Positions 34,934-49,299 of a stretch of DNA of 64,000 nucleotides are shown piece by piece (positions within the stretch are counted from its first letter, which is position 1; each line of letters starts with the position of its first letter). The stretch covers positions 62,001-126,000 of the forward strand of contig CBFFRP010000577.1 in the NCBI GenBank assembly GCA_965644295.1, in the 5' to 3' direction. This DNA comes from Paraphysomonas bandaiensis. Taxonomy: Eukaryota; Protista; Chrysophyceae. The position numbers were made by a program, and so were the translations under genes. Under the pieces are notes generated by a model. It ran no database searches. It had not been told where the DNA came from and saw only the letters and a list, made by a program, of their open reading frames with translations.

Positions 34934-36499
34934 CGAGTGTGAAGTTATAATGTATCAGTAAACGATCAATGCGGATATAACCGTAGTATTGTATTTGGTT
35001 TCGAACCATACGTGTATCACTTGAACAATGTTCGAGGAGTCGTTGCAATTCAGAAATGAGGTTGCATATAATAAAATAGACAACATAATATATATACAAA
35101 AAGTTGTGTAGGGACACCGACGATTTCCATAGTCTGGAGTAGCTCGGTATAAAATAAGCTAGCTACCGCTAGAGAGACAATGTTGTGTCCGTGGTGACAC
35201 CCGATAGGTGTGTAGACTAGCCATATCTATATACTAGTATTTATTTAAAAAGAAATTCATTCTACACTAATTCTTTTAAGTCAATATTGCTTTATCCCCA
35301 TTTTGTCTCAAAAAAGATTTTTTCGACCTGATTTTGTCTCAACAGGGCGCTCATATCAGCACCGGGCAAATATATAGACATTCTACTTCAATATTCGGTT
35401 CAACAGGTGCTCACTCTTCTATCTTTATTATGATAGTGACAGTCGTATGTATGTAATTTCATTATAGTACACAATTATAGTGAAACCACAATCAGGAGTT
35501 AAATCATTAGACACTTCTAGTTATATTCCACCCTTCGTCTGATGATGTGGAAGATCATAATGATGTCAGTGCAAGCGATATATCTTCATATCCAGGACTT
35601 TGAACCAACTTCAAGAATATTTCAGGAGAGTTTAGTGCCATATCTGATGCTGTATAGGTGGTAAAGGGCAGTGGCATCTAGTTGTTTCAGGGTTTGGGTC
35701 GCATTGTGCTTATGAGGATATTGTGTGCCTCATATCATACTCACAGCATTTCAATCAGGTCCACTAGCAGAGGAGGTTAAACGCATTGTATATAAATGTG
35801 ATGACGATGCTAATTAAGGCCTTAAGAAGCCTTTCGTGCGACTACAACGTTCACATTCATCATCACAATTATGAACGCATTTCAACACCTCGCAGTTGCC
35901 ATTCCCTCAGTATCCTTCTGTGATAGGAGTGCATTTGTTGTAGCTATAATATATATTAGTTTGGGGGTTTATTGTTTGAGTGACCTATAGTGTAATTGTT
36001 ATTCCCAAAGTATACACAGCCAGTATACATGCCATTCATTTTGAAACAATACGAATACTCATTTAAACTATTTGCTTACTATAATTGTATATACTAATCT
36101 TTATGAAGAATCTATATATTTCTTCCATTTTTTGTGCGTCATCTCTGTTATAGCTTGTTGATATTTTGGTTATTAGTAATTTGTAAGTGATTAAATGCTG
36201 AATATTAATTAATAAAAGGTATTTGAGTAATGACCGTTATTTGAAGGATACATTAACTAGCGATATGAATCTGGATAGTGAAACTGAAACATATTGACTG
36301 TGTGAGATTGGGACTGTCTATATGATAACATGAATTGATAGTAGTGAGGATATAAATTTAGTGAATGACAATTATGAATGATAAGAGATGTTGATCTCTA
36401 TTTTAATAATTGATTATTGAGCTAGTTCAGTTACTTTCTAGACTAAATGTAAAATTTGGTAATGTTAGCTGGAAATATTTTCCCAATTTGACCTGTACG

Positions 36500-39010
36500 A
36501 AGTTGTTATGATTGAAAGTATGGTTCATTTGGAAGAATCAAAATCAGATAGGTCTGCTGGGAGAAAGACCTGTGAATCCCACGGATCATGCGTCAGCAGC
36601 AGCTCGAAGCAAGCACATGGCGGAGTTGGAGCAGTGTTTGGGAAAGAAAGATACGTGTATAAGTTCAATATTCGAATCAGTTCAACCAGTAGGCCAATAC
36701 TTTCGAGAGAAGGATATGTTTCCACAACATGATGATCCCGAAAAAAACTCTCGGTCAGTGATTAGATATCCAAATTGCTGGAACGATTTCATGGAGACAC
36801 TCAATATGAGATAGTTCAATTAAACAAACACAATACACGTGTTTCAGAGTTTAATCCGAAGAGCTTGTAGATGCAGCTACTAAACGTTGATCAGAATTAG
36901 TCAGAATATGGCAGAATTCGGCAAGCCTCTTACAGAAATAGCTCTCGAAACCCCCGAGAACCTGTATCAAAAAGATGAAACTCCCCTATATCGAAATGGT
37001 AATCATATATGTGGGAGATATGGCCAAGCCAAAGGTAAGTCCAAGGAGGTCACTCAAGAAGCCCACTCAAAAAACTCGAATTTGGTTTACATTTTTATTC
37101 AAAATGTAGCATGAAGAATTTCTGAAAGAAAGACCTCTAAATATGTTCGCAGTCAGTGAATAAAATTCTGAAGGAATTCTTCGATTTTTCGCGGGTATAG
37201 ACTTTTAAATTCTGGAGATTCCAAATATTTCTTTACTCGATAAGGAGAAAGTTGTTTTTGTTGGGAAGTATTGAAACAATGGAATGCCATTTGATGATTT
37301 GTTGGACTAACCTGATGTGGTGAAGCTCAATGTTACAGACTCTGCCGAGGTATATCTCTCTGACAAAAAGTACAAGAAGACCCATTTGAGATACTTTTTA
37401 TGAGCTGTGGTCACGTCCGCAAGCTTAAACTGATAAAGGCATTCAAGCATCGACGGTATCTGCCCAACAAATGCATTCGAAAGACCGAGGGAGTATGCAA
37501 GTCATGTGCCAAATCCAAGATTTCTGGAAAGCATTTTGCCGTGTACCTCAGTTGTCCGTCCAGAGAGGGCTATAGTTATGCTATGCTGTTTACAGATATA
37601 GCTACAAAAATGGGCTACGGGAGTGCCCGCTGAGGTCTAGTAGAACTGCTATATTAAGTCTTATATATACGAAGGTTGGTTGAGTGTCAACTCCCCAAAA
37701 TGTACCCCTGCGATCACCGACTAGAACAGTATCTTTCGATGAGGTGCTGAGCTGATATTGACCAGTCCATACAGCGACTCTCCACAGCCAACTCGAGACT
37801 ACAGATATTACATGGAATTCTACTGATGATTCACCGGAATTGATTGATGTGACTGAGAGGAGATTTGTGCTCTGGAGAGATATCTTGCATGCTATCTGAT
37901 TTGGGTTTGCTTTTAAGTATGATGGTAGTCCGTATGATGCCTACCATATAGCTTACCGTGGTTAGATGTTGCCAGCAAAAAGTGCATACCACATTCGTCG
38001 AGACTTCGTTGTTGTCTTTTAACCCAAGGCCGAATAAAGGTTTGGGGCGATAAAAGGCACTGGGAGATTCTGAAGTCAGTGGTACATGATTTGCATATTC
38101 TTTTTGATGATAAGGATTACTTTAACGAGCTAGAATACTTTAACGAGCTAGAGGCTGCAATCGTGAAAAGTTAAGTAATTCAGTCATATGAGTTGGAAGT
38201 ATCATGTGAACGATGGATTCCTATTCAAAACCACTAGAGTAGAGTGGTCAGAAACGGCTTCGTGACCTTTAGAGCATTAGTCAAGGAGAAGACTTCTATT
38301 CATATTTGTGATGTTTTACAACTAAATAATGATTTTCCACGTAAGCGGTGCAACGACCCCATTACCTCTGGGGGCACACTCAATGAGTCAACGGCGGATG
38401 AGACACCAGGGAAGAGTGAGTTTCTCGTAGCTTGCCCGAGAGGGTGCAACTACTGAGTCTAGAGTGATAGACCACACCTGGAGTACTACTATAGCCTCAA
38501 AATTCGACATTCACCATATTGGCATACTCGACTGCTACTATTCGCTGATATTCGTCAAACAGGACCTACACAGTCGTACCGTCTTGTAGGACTGTTTCAT
38601 ATGAGAAAAGTAATGATTATTATGAATATATGAGTATAATATATCAGCTGCTAAAACCTCTTTATATATAAATATACTTATACATATGACACCGCCCTAC
38701 AATCACTTGGCAATCGCGGCTGCTAACCATCGTCGCCCTATCTTCTACTGAAGTAGAATATCTGTTTGTGGGGAAGCCATTTTGTTTCGCTCCCTACTTT
38801 CGGAATAGGATTTCCAACTACCGTTTTCAACAACTATTCGGTGCAAAAGAGCAATGCAGTTATACTTAAATCCTGCACACTGTCGTGAGGTACCACTTCA
38901 CGCAATAACAATTTTATTATTGTCAATCACATGCCCATCAATGAAATGTTGGCTGACATCCTAACCAAACACAGATTCCACAGATTGCGAGATTCACTGA
39001 TGGCGAGGGG
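36500..39010 (+). mobile_element. Degenerate Ty1/copia LTR-retrotransposon remnant
   Basis: Zinc-knuckle relic HICGRYG (~37003), pre-integrase CKSCAKSK, integrase SREGYSYAMLFTDIATK and PELIDVTERRF, RNase H SSTEVEY (~38743) and MLADILTK (~38946). Many stops and frameshifts; no LTRs identified. Confidence 0.8.
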
Positions 39011-40347
39011 GATGACGTCAGCATACCCGCAAGCAATTAATGAATCAGAGTTTTCACCCCATTAGCAGAGAACTCAACCAAGAGTCCACTTTATGTCTTA
39101 TACTATTATTCTTTAGCTAATACGCAGTAGTACATTTCCCATTAACTATTACAACTCGCAATACTTCTTAGTTTAAATTTTGAATGTTTTCATTGTTGAG
39201 TGTTGCTTGTTTGTAAGCAATTAAAAGCTGTAAGTTAAGATAATTGAAATATGACCATTATTTGAAGACTACAGTGACTGTTTGTTTTTGCGTATCCAAT
39301 GCTCAAGTTTTTACTTCAATATTAATACATGTTGATTCGTTTACCGTTCGCACAATAAATAGATTCTAAGCAACACAATTCCTTGCTAAATGAAAATAAA
39401 TCGTACTATGAATAGTTCGGATATCTTCTTCACGAAAATTCTGATAAATCTCTCAACTTATCCTCATCTATTCAGATATATGATTTATGTTGTGTTAGAT
39501 ATCCTGCAATGTCATAGTCTAACAATAGGAACACAGACATCTTCCTCTTCGTCACTCACACACTGTTTCTAACAGTTTCATAGCATGTATGGTTCTAACA
39601 GTTGATGTCTTGACTTAAGTATACTTCCGTCGTCAGGCTTTAAGCAGTCAGTGCCGGAATTATTAATATGAAAACAAAACCGATGAAGGGAGCTGCTCCG
39701 TCGATGGAGGCTACTGGATTAGATTCAACGGACACATTAACCTCATGTGGATTGATGCTATCAGCACGAGAGGTGTGTGTTCCAGGAGCATGTGAATGAG
39801 ATCATACCGAATACTCACATCAACTTGATGTGAAAGTATTTCATTGCGACATGCAACTGTTGGGCTCATCAACCCAATCAACAGGCCGCACAGACCTCCT
39901 CCTCGTGTAGGAGCTACACTTCGTACAGTAGAAAGCAAGTATGATCAATCTTATCATACGCATCGCTCATATCCATGACTAGCATACATATCATGTGCAG
40001 GAGGATATACATGGTATACGGATGAATACAGTGCATTCCACTCCCTCCTCCATTAAGATCTAGAAGGAGTTCTCAGAGTCCATGTGCAAGTGCAGCTTTT
40101 TTTTGGGTATGTATCGGTATAGAGTGTAGGAATTCTTATACTGCTGGGTAGGAAAATCCAGCTATGAATTCTGATTGTCGAAAAGTCGAAGAAAAAGCAT
40201 TGATTGGATGTGGTGGTATGTATGTGTGGGGGGGGGGGAATCCATCCACAGCCTGAGGCGATCCTAGTCCCTTATTTCTAGATTTGACTTGCACAGTAAT
40301 CCATAAATCACACATACAAACTAAATTAACAGAAAGAAGTCAGTTTG

Positions 40348-43300
40348 ATGGTCGAGGGAATGGAGTTGGTGCCACAAGGAGATGAAGAAGCCCCAGTGGG
40401 TGCTACGGATAGTCTTTCTCCCGGGAAATTTTCGATATTTAATGTCCGCACTAATCGAAAGATATACAACGAACTAATGAGTCAAAGGGAGAGGGATGCG
40501 CTCTATATTCAAGCTCTTGAGGAAGTGTTGCGAGAAAACAACATTTCTCTGCCTCCGCCCGTCACTGAATATTCTTTTCGTGGTAACAAATCCCATTCAA
40601 GTCAACAGCTCGAAACACCCACTCTGGACAAAGATGGGAGCGTCACGTCGATTCAAACAACGATTAATCGAATTAAACAGCATCATATGAGTGATGAGAT
40701 ATCTATTCAATTTAGAAATTTAACATTCTGGGGAATGGTACCTGAAAGGACGATCCCAACTGTGGGGTCAACTTTGCGGAATATGCTCTTCGGAAGTGGT
40801 CCAAAGCATCGAGTGGACATACTTCATGACTTAACGGGGCGAATCCCGTCTGGAAAAATGACACTGGTTATGGGACCACCTGGGTGTGGTGAGTATATAG
40901 ATAGTGGCTATATTGTTAAATTATTTTCAACAATCACACCAGTACAAGCGTGTGCATGTCTTTGTCCGATCTAGTTAGCAACACTGATTGGTGTATCGAA
41001 TTGTAATCACTTCTCACATCTTGTTAATTTAATTGAGTCTCTATTAGGTAAGAGCTCGTTCTTAAAGGTGCTTGCTGGACAACTCTATGTGGGTCGTAAG
41101 AAACTTGAGGGTTCAATACTCTACAATGGAGAGCCACCAGATTCCGGTAAATACCTGCTCCCTAAAATAGCAGATTACATTGATGAGAAAGACCAACATG
41201 CGGCCGCTCTTACAGTCCAAGAAACCTTGGAGTTTGCTTGGTTAGTTACTACAAATGGGCATCACAGTTATGGTGTAGCGAAAGATGAAGAGGGGGCAGA
41301 ATATCTAAACCGCGACGATAAAATTAAGGGCAAGGTATACGTAGATTTCATACTTTAATATCTGTACATATACTTTTGACGCAAACAAATAGATCGAGCA
41401 TTTTTAGTTTGCACTCTCAAGCTGTATATTTAGGTTAACAGTGTAATCCGTGCGCTTGGCTTGGAGGGCTGTCGGAACACTGTAGTAGGAGACGGAATGT
41501 TGCGAGGAGTAAGTGGGGGACAAAAGCGCCGTGTTACAGTGGGGGAAATGCTTCTTCCACCTCGTCGGATTAAATTTATGGATGCCGTGTCAAACGGCCT
41601 TGACTCGTCTACTACTTATGACATATTCAAGTCAATTCGCCTGGTCACGGATGTGATTGGAGTTACACCCGTAGTTTCACTACTTCAGGTATGTATCGTG
41701 CCATGTGTATGTTGCATTGTACTGTGTTGGTACTGTAAGCTCAATGCGGTATTAGCGAATAATCACACCCGTTGTTATTTCAGCCCACACCAGAGGTATT
41801 TGATATGTTTGACGAGCTAATATTACTGAGTGAAGGCCGTATTATTTATCATGGTAGGGAATTGCTGTTAATTATTCCACATGATGTGTGTATACCATGC
41901 CGTATGGGTTGCTTTGTGGTGAAAACATGTATATCAATGTCTTAGTTTATACTTGTTGTGTCATAACATGATATGGTTGCAGGTCCACGTTCGTATGTAC
42001 TGCAGTATTTTGAATCTATTGGATACCACTGTCCTGATAATGTAGATGTGGCGGATTTCCTACAAGAGCTTCCAACTCTTGAAGGGCGCCGTTTCATTGA
42101 CAACTCGAAAGAAGATGTTCCACGTGGAACTGCCGCTCTTGTAAATACTTTCAAGCGATCGGAGTTGTTTTCCGTAATGCTGAAACAAATGGATACAGAG
42201 TTGGAGGAATCGAAAAACTATAAGTGGCCTGAATTCGTTCGTGAGCCTTATGCGACCACTACATGGGATGCAATGAAGCTCTGCTTAGAGCGACAGACCA
42301 AACTGACAATGCGAGATAAAGATTTTGTGGTTGGTCGACTGATGCAAGCTGTCGTTATTGGAGCCATAGCAGGAAGCTTGTTTAATGATACCGAAGAAGA
42401 AGATGTTCAAACCTTAGGGGGGGTGTTATTTTTTGGTGTACTGTTCTGTGCACTGTCTAGTATGTCGCTGCTACCGGTGATATTTGATCAAAGGCAAGTA
42501 TATTACAAGCACGCAAGGGCCAACTTTTTCCCTACATCCTCGTTTGTGGTTGCACAGACTGCGGTGTTGTATCCGATACAAATCGCTGAAGTCATTATCT
42601 TTTCTACTATTATTTACTGGTCAGTTGGAATGAGTGATTCGGATTCAGGTACCCGGTTCTTGACGTTTTTACTAATTATATTTGCGTTTGCGCTCACTGC
42701 GACGCAATTGTTTCGCCTAGTTGCCTCATTTATGCCGGACCCTGTGACTGCCCAACCAGTCAGTGGTGTCAGTACCGTACTCATGGTATTATTTTCTGGC
42801 TATATTGTGCCGAAATCCAATATTCCACCTGGATGGGAGTGGTTTTATTGGTTGAATCCTCTTTCGTGGGCTCTGCAAAGCGTGACGATAAATGAGTACT
42901 TATCATCTGATTACGACTTCGAAATATGTACAAATGCTGATTGTAGTAAAATGGAGAGATTTGGTGATGTTGCTTTAGAGGGGAGAGGCAATCAGACTGA
43001 GCAGGCTTTTGTGTGGTACGGACTTATAGTTTTGATTGGAGAGTATGTAATATTACTCATTCTCACGTATATCACTTTAACCTACTTACGGGTGGAACCC
43101 GTACCCCCTCCTCCACTGATTATTGACGAGGAACCTTCCGACGAAGCTGAGATATCCGAAGCTAATGCTATTGAAATTCCATTTGAACCCGTCACGTTTT
43201 CATTTAAAGATATATGGTATACTGTAACTTTAAAAGGTGGTGAGGAGCTGGATCTTCTGAAGGGTGTATCAGGGTACTTTGAACCAGGTACACTGACCGC

Positions 43301-45782
43301 ACTAATGGGATCAAGTGGAGCGGTAAGTACCATTCATTGAACTTTGTTTGTTCAGACGTATCCCGTACATAACAGATATGTGATCCATATTGCTGTCGTT
43401 GTAATATCTGATCTACAGGGGAAAACCACTCTACTCGATGTCCTATCAGGAAGAAAGAACACTGGATCAATTCAGGGACAAATGTATGTAAACGGAAAAC
43501 CTAAAGAAGAAAACACTTTTCGTCACATCATGGGTTATGTTGAGCAATTTGATACCTTATCCCCCCACGACACCGCCAGAGAGGCTGTAGAATTTTCAGC
43601 AGCTCTCCGTCTGCCGCGGGGTACTACTGCCAGTGCTCGTAAGGAGTGGGTGACACATGTGCTCTCGATGCTTGAGCTGACCCCGTTAGAGCGTACTCTC
43701 GTTGGAGAAGCGAATGCAGGCGGTATGAGCTTCGAGCAGAGAAAGCGCTTATCTATTGCTGTTGAACTCGCGGCAAACCCATCGATTCTTTTCCTTGACG
43801 AGCCTGTACGTAACATACTGTATGCGTATGTCTTCCAACATATCTGTTACTGCATGATACTAATAGAGTGATGATATTCGTTTACTGATCTATGTAACTA
43901 TTACATGCCTGGCACAGACTTCTGGCCTGGACTCTCGGTCTGCACAAGTGGTAATTCGGTGCATTAGGCGTGTTGCTGCCTCTGGCCGAAGTATTGTTTG
44001 TACCATTCACCAACCCTCCATCTCTATTTTTAAATCATTTGATTCCCTGCTTTTACTGAGACGTGGAGGGCAAACTGTATTCAGCGGACCTCTAGGAGAG
44101 GACTGCGAGTACCTTATTAATTTTTTTGAAGCGATACCTGGGGTTCAACCAATCAAACCACGACAAAATCCTGCTTCCTGGATGCTGGACGTTATAGGTG
44201 CTGGAACGGGGAACAGTGAGAGTATCACGGATTTCCATGTGTATTACAAACAGTCTACTCTTTGTTCTATGAATACGAGAAAGGTATGTTTGGTATTTGT
44301 ATTGGGGCTCAAATAGTCCTGCTGCTGGAGTAAATGCTCTCGGACAATATGTAGTAGTTTAGTTTTCGATGAAATGAATAGATTTTGTGATTGGATATGT
44401 GTGCATTCAGGTGAATGTTCTATGTACAGAGGATAATGCGGATGAAGAAGAGAATAATGCGGATAATCATGCATGCCGATTTGTCCCAGTTTTCGTTTGT
44501 AACGCTTCTAAAACGAGTCGTGAGGACGGACATTACAATTATAATGCCTCTTATGTGATGCAGTTCCGGTATCTTATGTACCGGGAACTTTTAGCTTATT
44601 GGAGGTCTCCTACCTACAACTTCGTCCGGATGGTAATCAGTGTTGTTATAGCTCTGATCTTTTCTTCGACATATGCGGTATAATATATCACATTAATGAA
44701 GCGTTTTTATACGTTGGTATGTAGGATCAAAAGTATGATACTGATGTGGACGTTATCTCCAGGTGTGCGGTGATATTTATCACGCTACTGTTTACCGGTG
44801 TTGTGGGGATGATGAGCGTACAGCCCGTTGTATTTGCCGAACGACCAGCTTTCTACAGGGAGCAGCACTCCAAAGTTTATGATGTTTCTTTGTACTCATT
44901 GGTCACAGGACTTGTTGAGGTAGGTTTTGACTACAGTGTTCCGTACATGATTTTATGAAATAAAGTATATTATACACACATGTGTGGATACAAAGCTTCC
45001 GATGTGACTAATATTTCTTGAATAGATTCCGTACTTACTCGTGTCTTCGCTTATTTTCGTTATTCCTTTCTTTTTTATTGTTGGTTTCGATAACGAAGAC
45101 GTGTCTGAGAAATTTTTTTGGTACTGGTTGTTTCAAGGCCTGTATATGTCGACACTTGTTTTTCTCGGACAATTCTTTTCTGTGCTCCTGCCAAATGAAG
45201 CGACTTCACAAGGTATAGTTAATGTGCGAATATTTTCTCACTGCTTCAGCTCTTGGGAGTGGCTGTAGCTTTGGAACTTATATTTTGATAATGGATGATA
45301 CGTGTTGCAGTTTTATCCGGTATGTCCTCAACACTGCTGTCTCTGTTTGGTGGATTTATGATACGCGCCAAAGATATCCCTGATTTTTGGATATTCCTTT
45401 ACTGGCTGAATCCGTTGCATTACGCATTGGAAGGGCTATTTACTACCCAGTTCCATGAAGATGAGTCCGAGATCACACTTCTCAATGGCCAGCCAACTAC
45501 GGCTGGGGAGTTTGTGGAGAGCTACTATTCCACCTGGATGTATTCCCATAGAATTGGTGATTTTGTGGCACTGATGATATTTATAATCGTATTACGGTAG
45601 GTCGTATGAACCGTGCCACTCTTTCATTTTCGTGTACAGTATGACATTTCAATTCCGTTTCATGTATTACTGTTTTGAAACTCACGATATTTCCATGTGC
45701 TTACTTATTTATTTTCTGACATTCTTTGTTCAGAATTGCCACTTATTTGGCTTTGAAATATTTGAGACATGATAAACGATGA
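40348..45782 (+). CDS. Full-size ABCG (PDR-type) transporter, NBD-TMD-NBD-TMD, multi-exon
   Basis: NBD1: GPPGCG|[24 protein letters not shown]2: LMGSSGA|[30 protein letters not shown]|TSGLD, CTIHQP. Two TMDs with ERPAFYRE and WLNPL motifs. Confidence 0.96.
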
Positions 45783-46984
45783 AGAATACTGAAGTTTACA
45801 TTCGGTTTTAATTTGATTAAGTCATGGTAATAATATTCCTTGATCACTTGGACCTTTTCAATTCCGTGGTTGTTTTTTACTGGTCACATGGTATTCCGTA
45901 TAGGTTGGAAACACTAAACACGCATCAATGCTTTGGTACGGAACTTTGCGTAGAAGTACATCATACTTCACTTATGCAAGTTGCCTATATGCAACCTATG
46001 TACGACTCTTTTCAGCCATATTTACTTTCAGGTTATGTTTTCACTTTCAGCTAAATGAAAGCGAATGATTCGCATGTAACTACCTGAATCGGGTTGAACA
46101 GTACGCTAGTATTAGCACGGGCAAATATAGAAGAGATTCAACTTTAACATTCCGTTTGGCAGAAACTATCTTTTAACTTAAATATGATATAGACAGTCAC
46201 TTGTATCTTGTATGCGATTTCTTTAAAATTAAGGCGATTTGGAGCAGAATGGTACCCTATTAACTTAAGCTTATAGTTAGTGCAATATTGACTGATCGAT
46301 ATTATAGGAGGTATAGTAAAGTAGTTATGATGTTGTAGCACTGTGAGTTAGGAACCATGTCATTCACCTCCCCGTCGAAACCGAAGCAAAGATAGAAACA
46401 AGAGCAGGAAGAACTTCTACACAGAAAGGTGAAGCCTCGAGCTTGAGAACCGGAAGGAGAAGAACAAGTAATTCTGCAGAATGTTATTAAAATATAGAGA
46501 AGAGTAGAGTGTGCATTGCATGTTTGTTGCTCTTCTGTTCAATAATTATGTGGTTTTAAGTTTATACAATGACTAGCTTGAACTAGTTTGTAGCTCATTC
46601 ATGTACATAGCAATCAAAGGGTTAGTTGAGCCCATTTTTGTAACTAGGTCGTTTTAACAAGGAATGTACGTTAAAAACGTGGGAAAATTTTTTCCCACGT
46701 TTGCATATTGTTTACTTACTATCTTCTCAATGCTCTGTAGGTTAAGAGAATAGTTTCCTGACTATAGCGACGTACTCATAATATACCCAAAAACTCTAAA
46801 ATAATCATTGAAAGTACTGTATGCATGTATGCATAAACTACTGTATGCATATTTTATGTAGTAGACAACATTCATAAAAATACTATTTTTCCCCAAAGTT
46901 GAAAGAAGCTATAGTACACAACTAATAAGCAAAAAGTAATAATATACTCTGTATTTATACCATACAGTAGTATATTAAGCAACG

Positions 46985-48961
46985 ATGATGACCGAAAAAA
47001 TTGATGGCAGTGTCATTTACAGAGTCTTCTTCCGAGTGGGTTCAGAGAATCCTCTCAGTGCTCTGTATCATATTTGTTCGTTGTGCAATGATCGCCTTAA
47101 ACAAGATATAAAGCGAGGTACGAACGGAAGTGGTTGCACCTTGGTGCTTGCGGCGACGCACAAGCAGCTTCTGTAGCGTTAAATAGTAGGATAATGGAAT
47201 TTGTACGGATTAGTTATGGGTAGAGGTCTAGCTAGCATGACAAGCATTCAACTAACCACTATATTGGTACAGGTTTCTAACGCCTACTGCTAATAAATAA
47301 AAAGACGTTTAATATAAAGCGAGGTTACACGAGTTGTGTGAATCATATATAACCAAGAGCACCAAATGTGTGGATTTTTCTTGGCGAGAGGAACTTGAGA
47401 GAATTTTGGGAAGTGAAAAACTTCACGGGGGCGATTTATTGTCTTTTGTAAGAAAGAAAGAGTATGTCCTGCTGCAAGGAACTTATTTCGGTGGCTGCAA
47501 TGGGTAGTTATGAACGAACCATTTTCTATCGTGAAGAATAAGTATGTTCGGAAGAACACCAATTTAGCACCCATCTCAGTGACGACGGTGATAAAATATT
47601 TACAACACGCACACATATACTCGTGAAAATGAAGTTAAGTATATTATGTTACCAGATAAATTTGGTCTAGTTTTTGATGGGTGGACATCATGCGATGGCA
47701 CGTCAGATCATTATATTGCAATATTCGCAATGTGGTACAAAAGGAAAAAGAAGCTGGGGTTACGCGAGTGTTACTATGCTGCGGACCTCAAGAGCAACCT
47801 GGTATTGAATTTACTGCGGCTGATATCGGAGATTATGTCATTAATCAACTGCAATTATTCAATAAAACTCTTGCCAATGTCGATTGTCTTGTGTGTGATA
47901 TAACTGTTCAGTAAATCGCTTACTGGCTGAACTAATGTAGAATCCAATGGTTGGTTGCTACTCACATCGACTGAATTTGGCAATTGCAAATATTTCCTGC
48001 GACCAGACAGGCCTCACTACCATTATTGAAATAATAGATTCATTGATGAAGGATCTAAGGACGCTGAAGAATGCAATTTTGCTTGCGCAGAAGACAAACA
48101 TAAAGCCGGAAAGAAGAAATGTAACTCGGTGGTCTTCAACATACAACATGCTGGTTAAATACGTAAAACTGCATCCTTTTCTTATAGTGAATGTAATTTC
48201 CCGAGCACCCTGGAAGATAAGATTCTTACTCCAGCTAAATTTCGAGATCTGAAACAATATTTGACGCAACTTGAAAAAGTTGCAGAGTGTTACGTTGGCC
48301 TTACAAAGAGATGGAACCAATTTGTACCAAGCCCGCCAGTTATTTGATATATGCGGCTACAAGAATTTTCAGAGCTGCATCTATACCTTTCCCTGAGAAT
48401 GCAAGCATTTTGAGAAGGCAGTGGCTAAAATTCAAGGTAACGATGAAAGAGAGTTAGACATTTGCAACTGGATTCATCCATGGAGGTTGGTGCACCCGAC
48501 AGAAATAACGAGGACGAGAGTGAAGGAACTGATTTTTGCACAGCGTGTTCTGGACAGCGCCGAGGCCACCAAGAGAGTTCGACTTGGTACCTATGAGTCC
48601 AACTACCGCTGATTGCTTCATATTGAAGCACAATCTAATGTAGTTGAGAGGCTCTTTAGTCGTGCAAAGTTGATTATGACACCTGAGCGTAGAAACATGC
48701 ATCAATTTCGTCTAGAATCGTTGCTATTCCTACGAGCCGATTACATCATGAAGCCCTGCAAGAAGATCCTGATGTGCCAGTAGAGAGCGAGAAGTAGTTA
48801 ATTTGTAGTCTGCTATCTGCTATATTTAACTAAAAATTAGTAATTAAGGGAGCACAACACTATCTATTATATGTGAGTGCTGCTATCTACTTTGTTAGTA
48901 GGTATTAATGGCCATTATAATTGCCGGGAACTGGACTACCATTAATGGTTACCAGGCCCTG
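46985..48961 (+). mobile_element. Degenerate hAT-like DNA transposon
   Basis: BED-like CSLC...H, FDGWT, GCYSHRLNLA, TRWSSTYNML, and dimerization motif SNVVERLFSRAKLIM. Frameshifts and stops. Possible right terminus ...gttaccaggccctg at 48961; left terminus not found. Confidence 0.85.
47120..47311. mobile_element. 192-bp insertion with 14-bp target-site duplication inside the hAT transposase
   Basis: ATATAAAGCGAGGT at both 47106-47119 and 47312-47325. The insert is homologous to the repeats at ~13.5 kb and ~54.1-54.4 kb. Confidence 0.85.
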
Positions 48962-49299
48962 GTACAACGTACAGCATGACAAGTGAAAGCAGTGATATAA
49001 GTCTACCATACCACACTGGAACGCTTAAGACTACACATACACTGCAATATGCATTGGGGACTGCTTTATATGTGCCTCATGGCAGGCACCAGGGGAAGCA
49101 GCAATATACCCTTCAGAGCTTGGCAAAAAAGTGAGCGACTGAGACGATAAAAAAGGCTTTTATGATACTTTATATACTATATGTACACACTACTATATAT
49201 GTACTTTCATGAACCTCACAGCATTAAAAATAAGGAAGACACAAGATAGACAATCAAATATACAGGTACAAGAAGGACAATCTTGCTACAGAGGCAGCA

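Noticed and set aside
35770-35892. Degenerate ~40-bp inverted repeat (similar hairpin at ~39788-39854)
   Set aside because: Too diverged to assign as ncRNA or MITE; probably old repeat debris.
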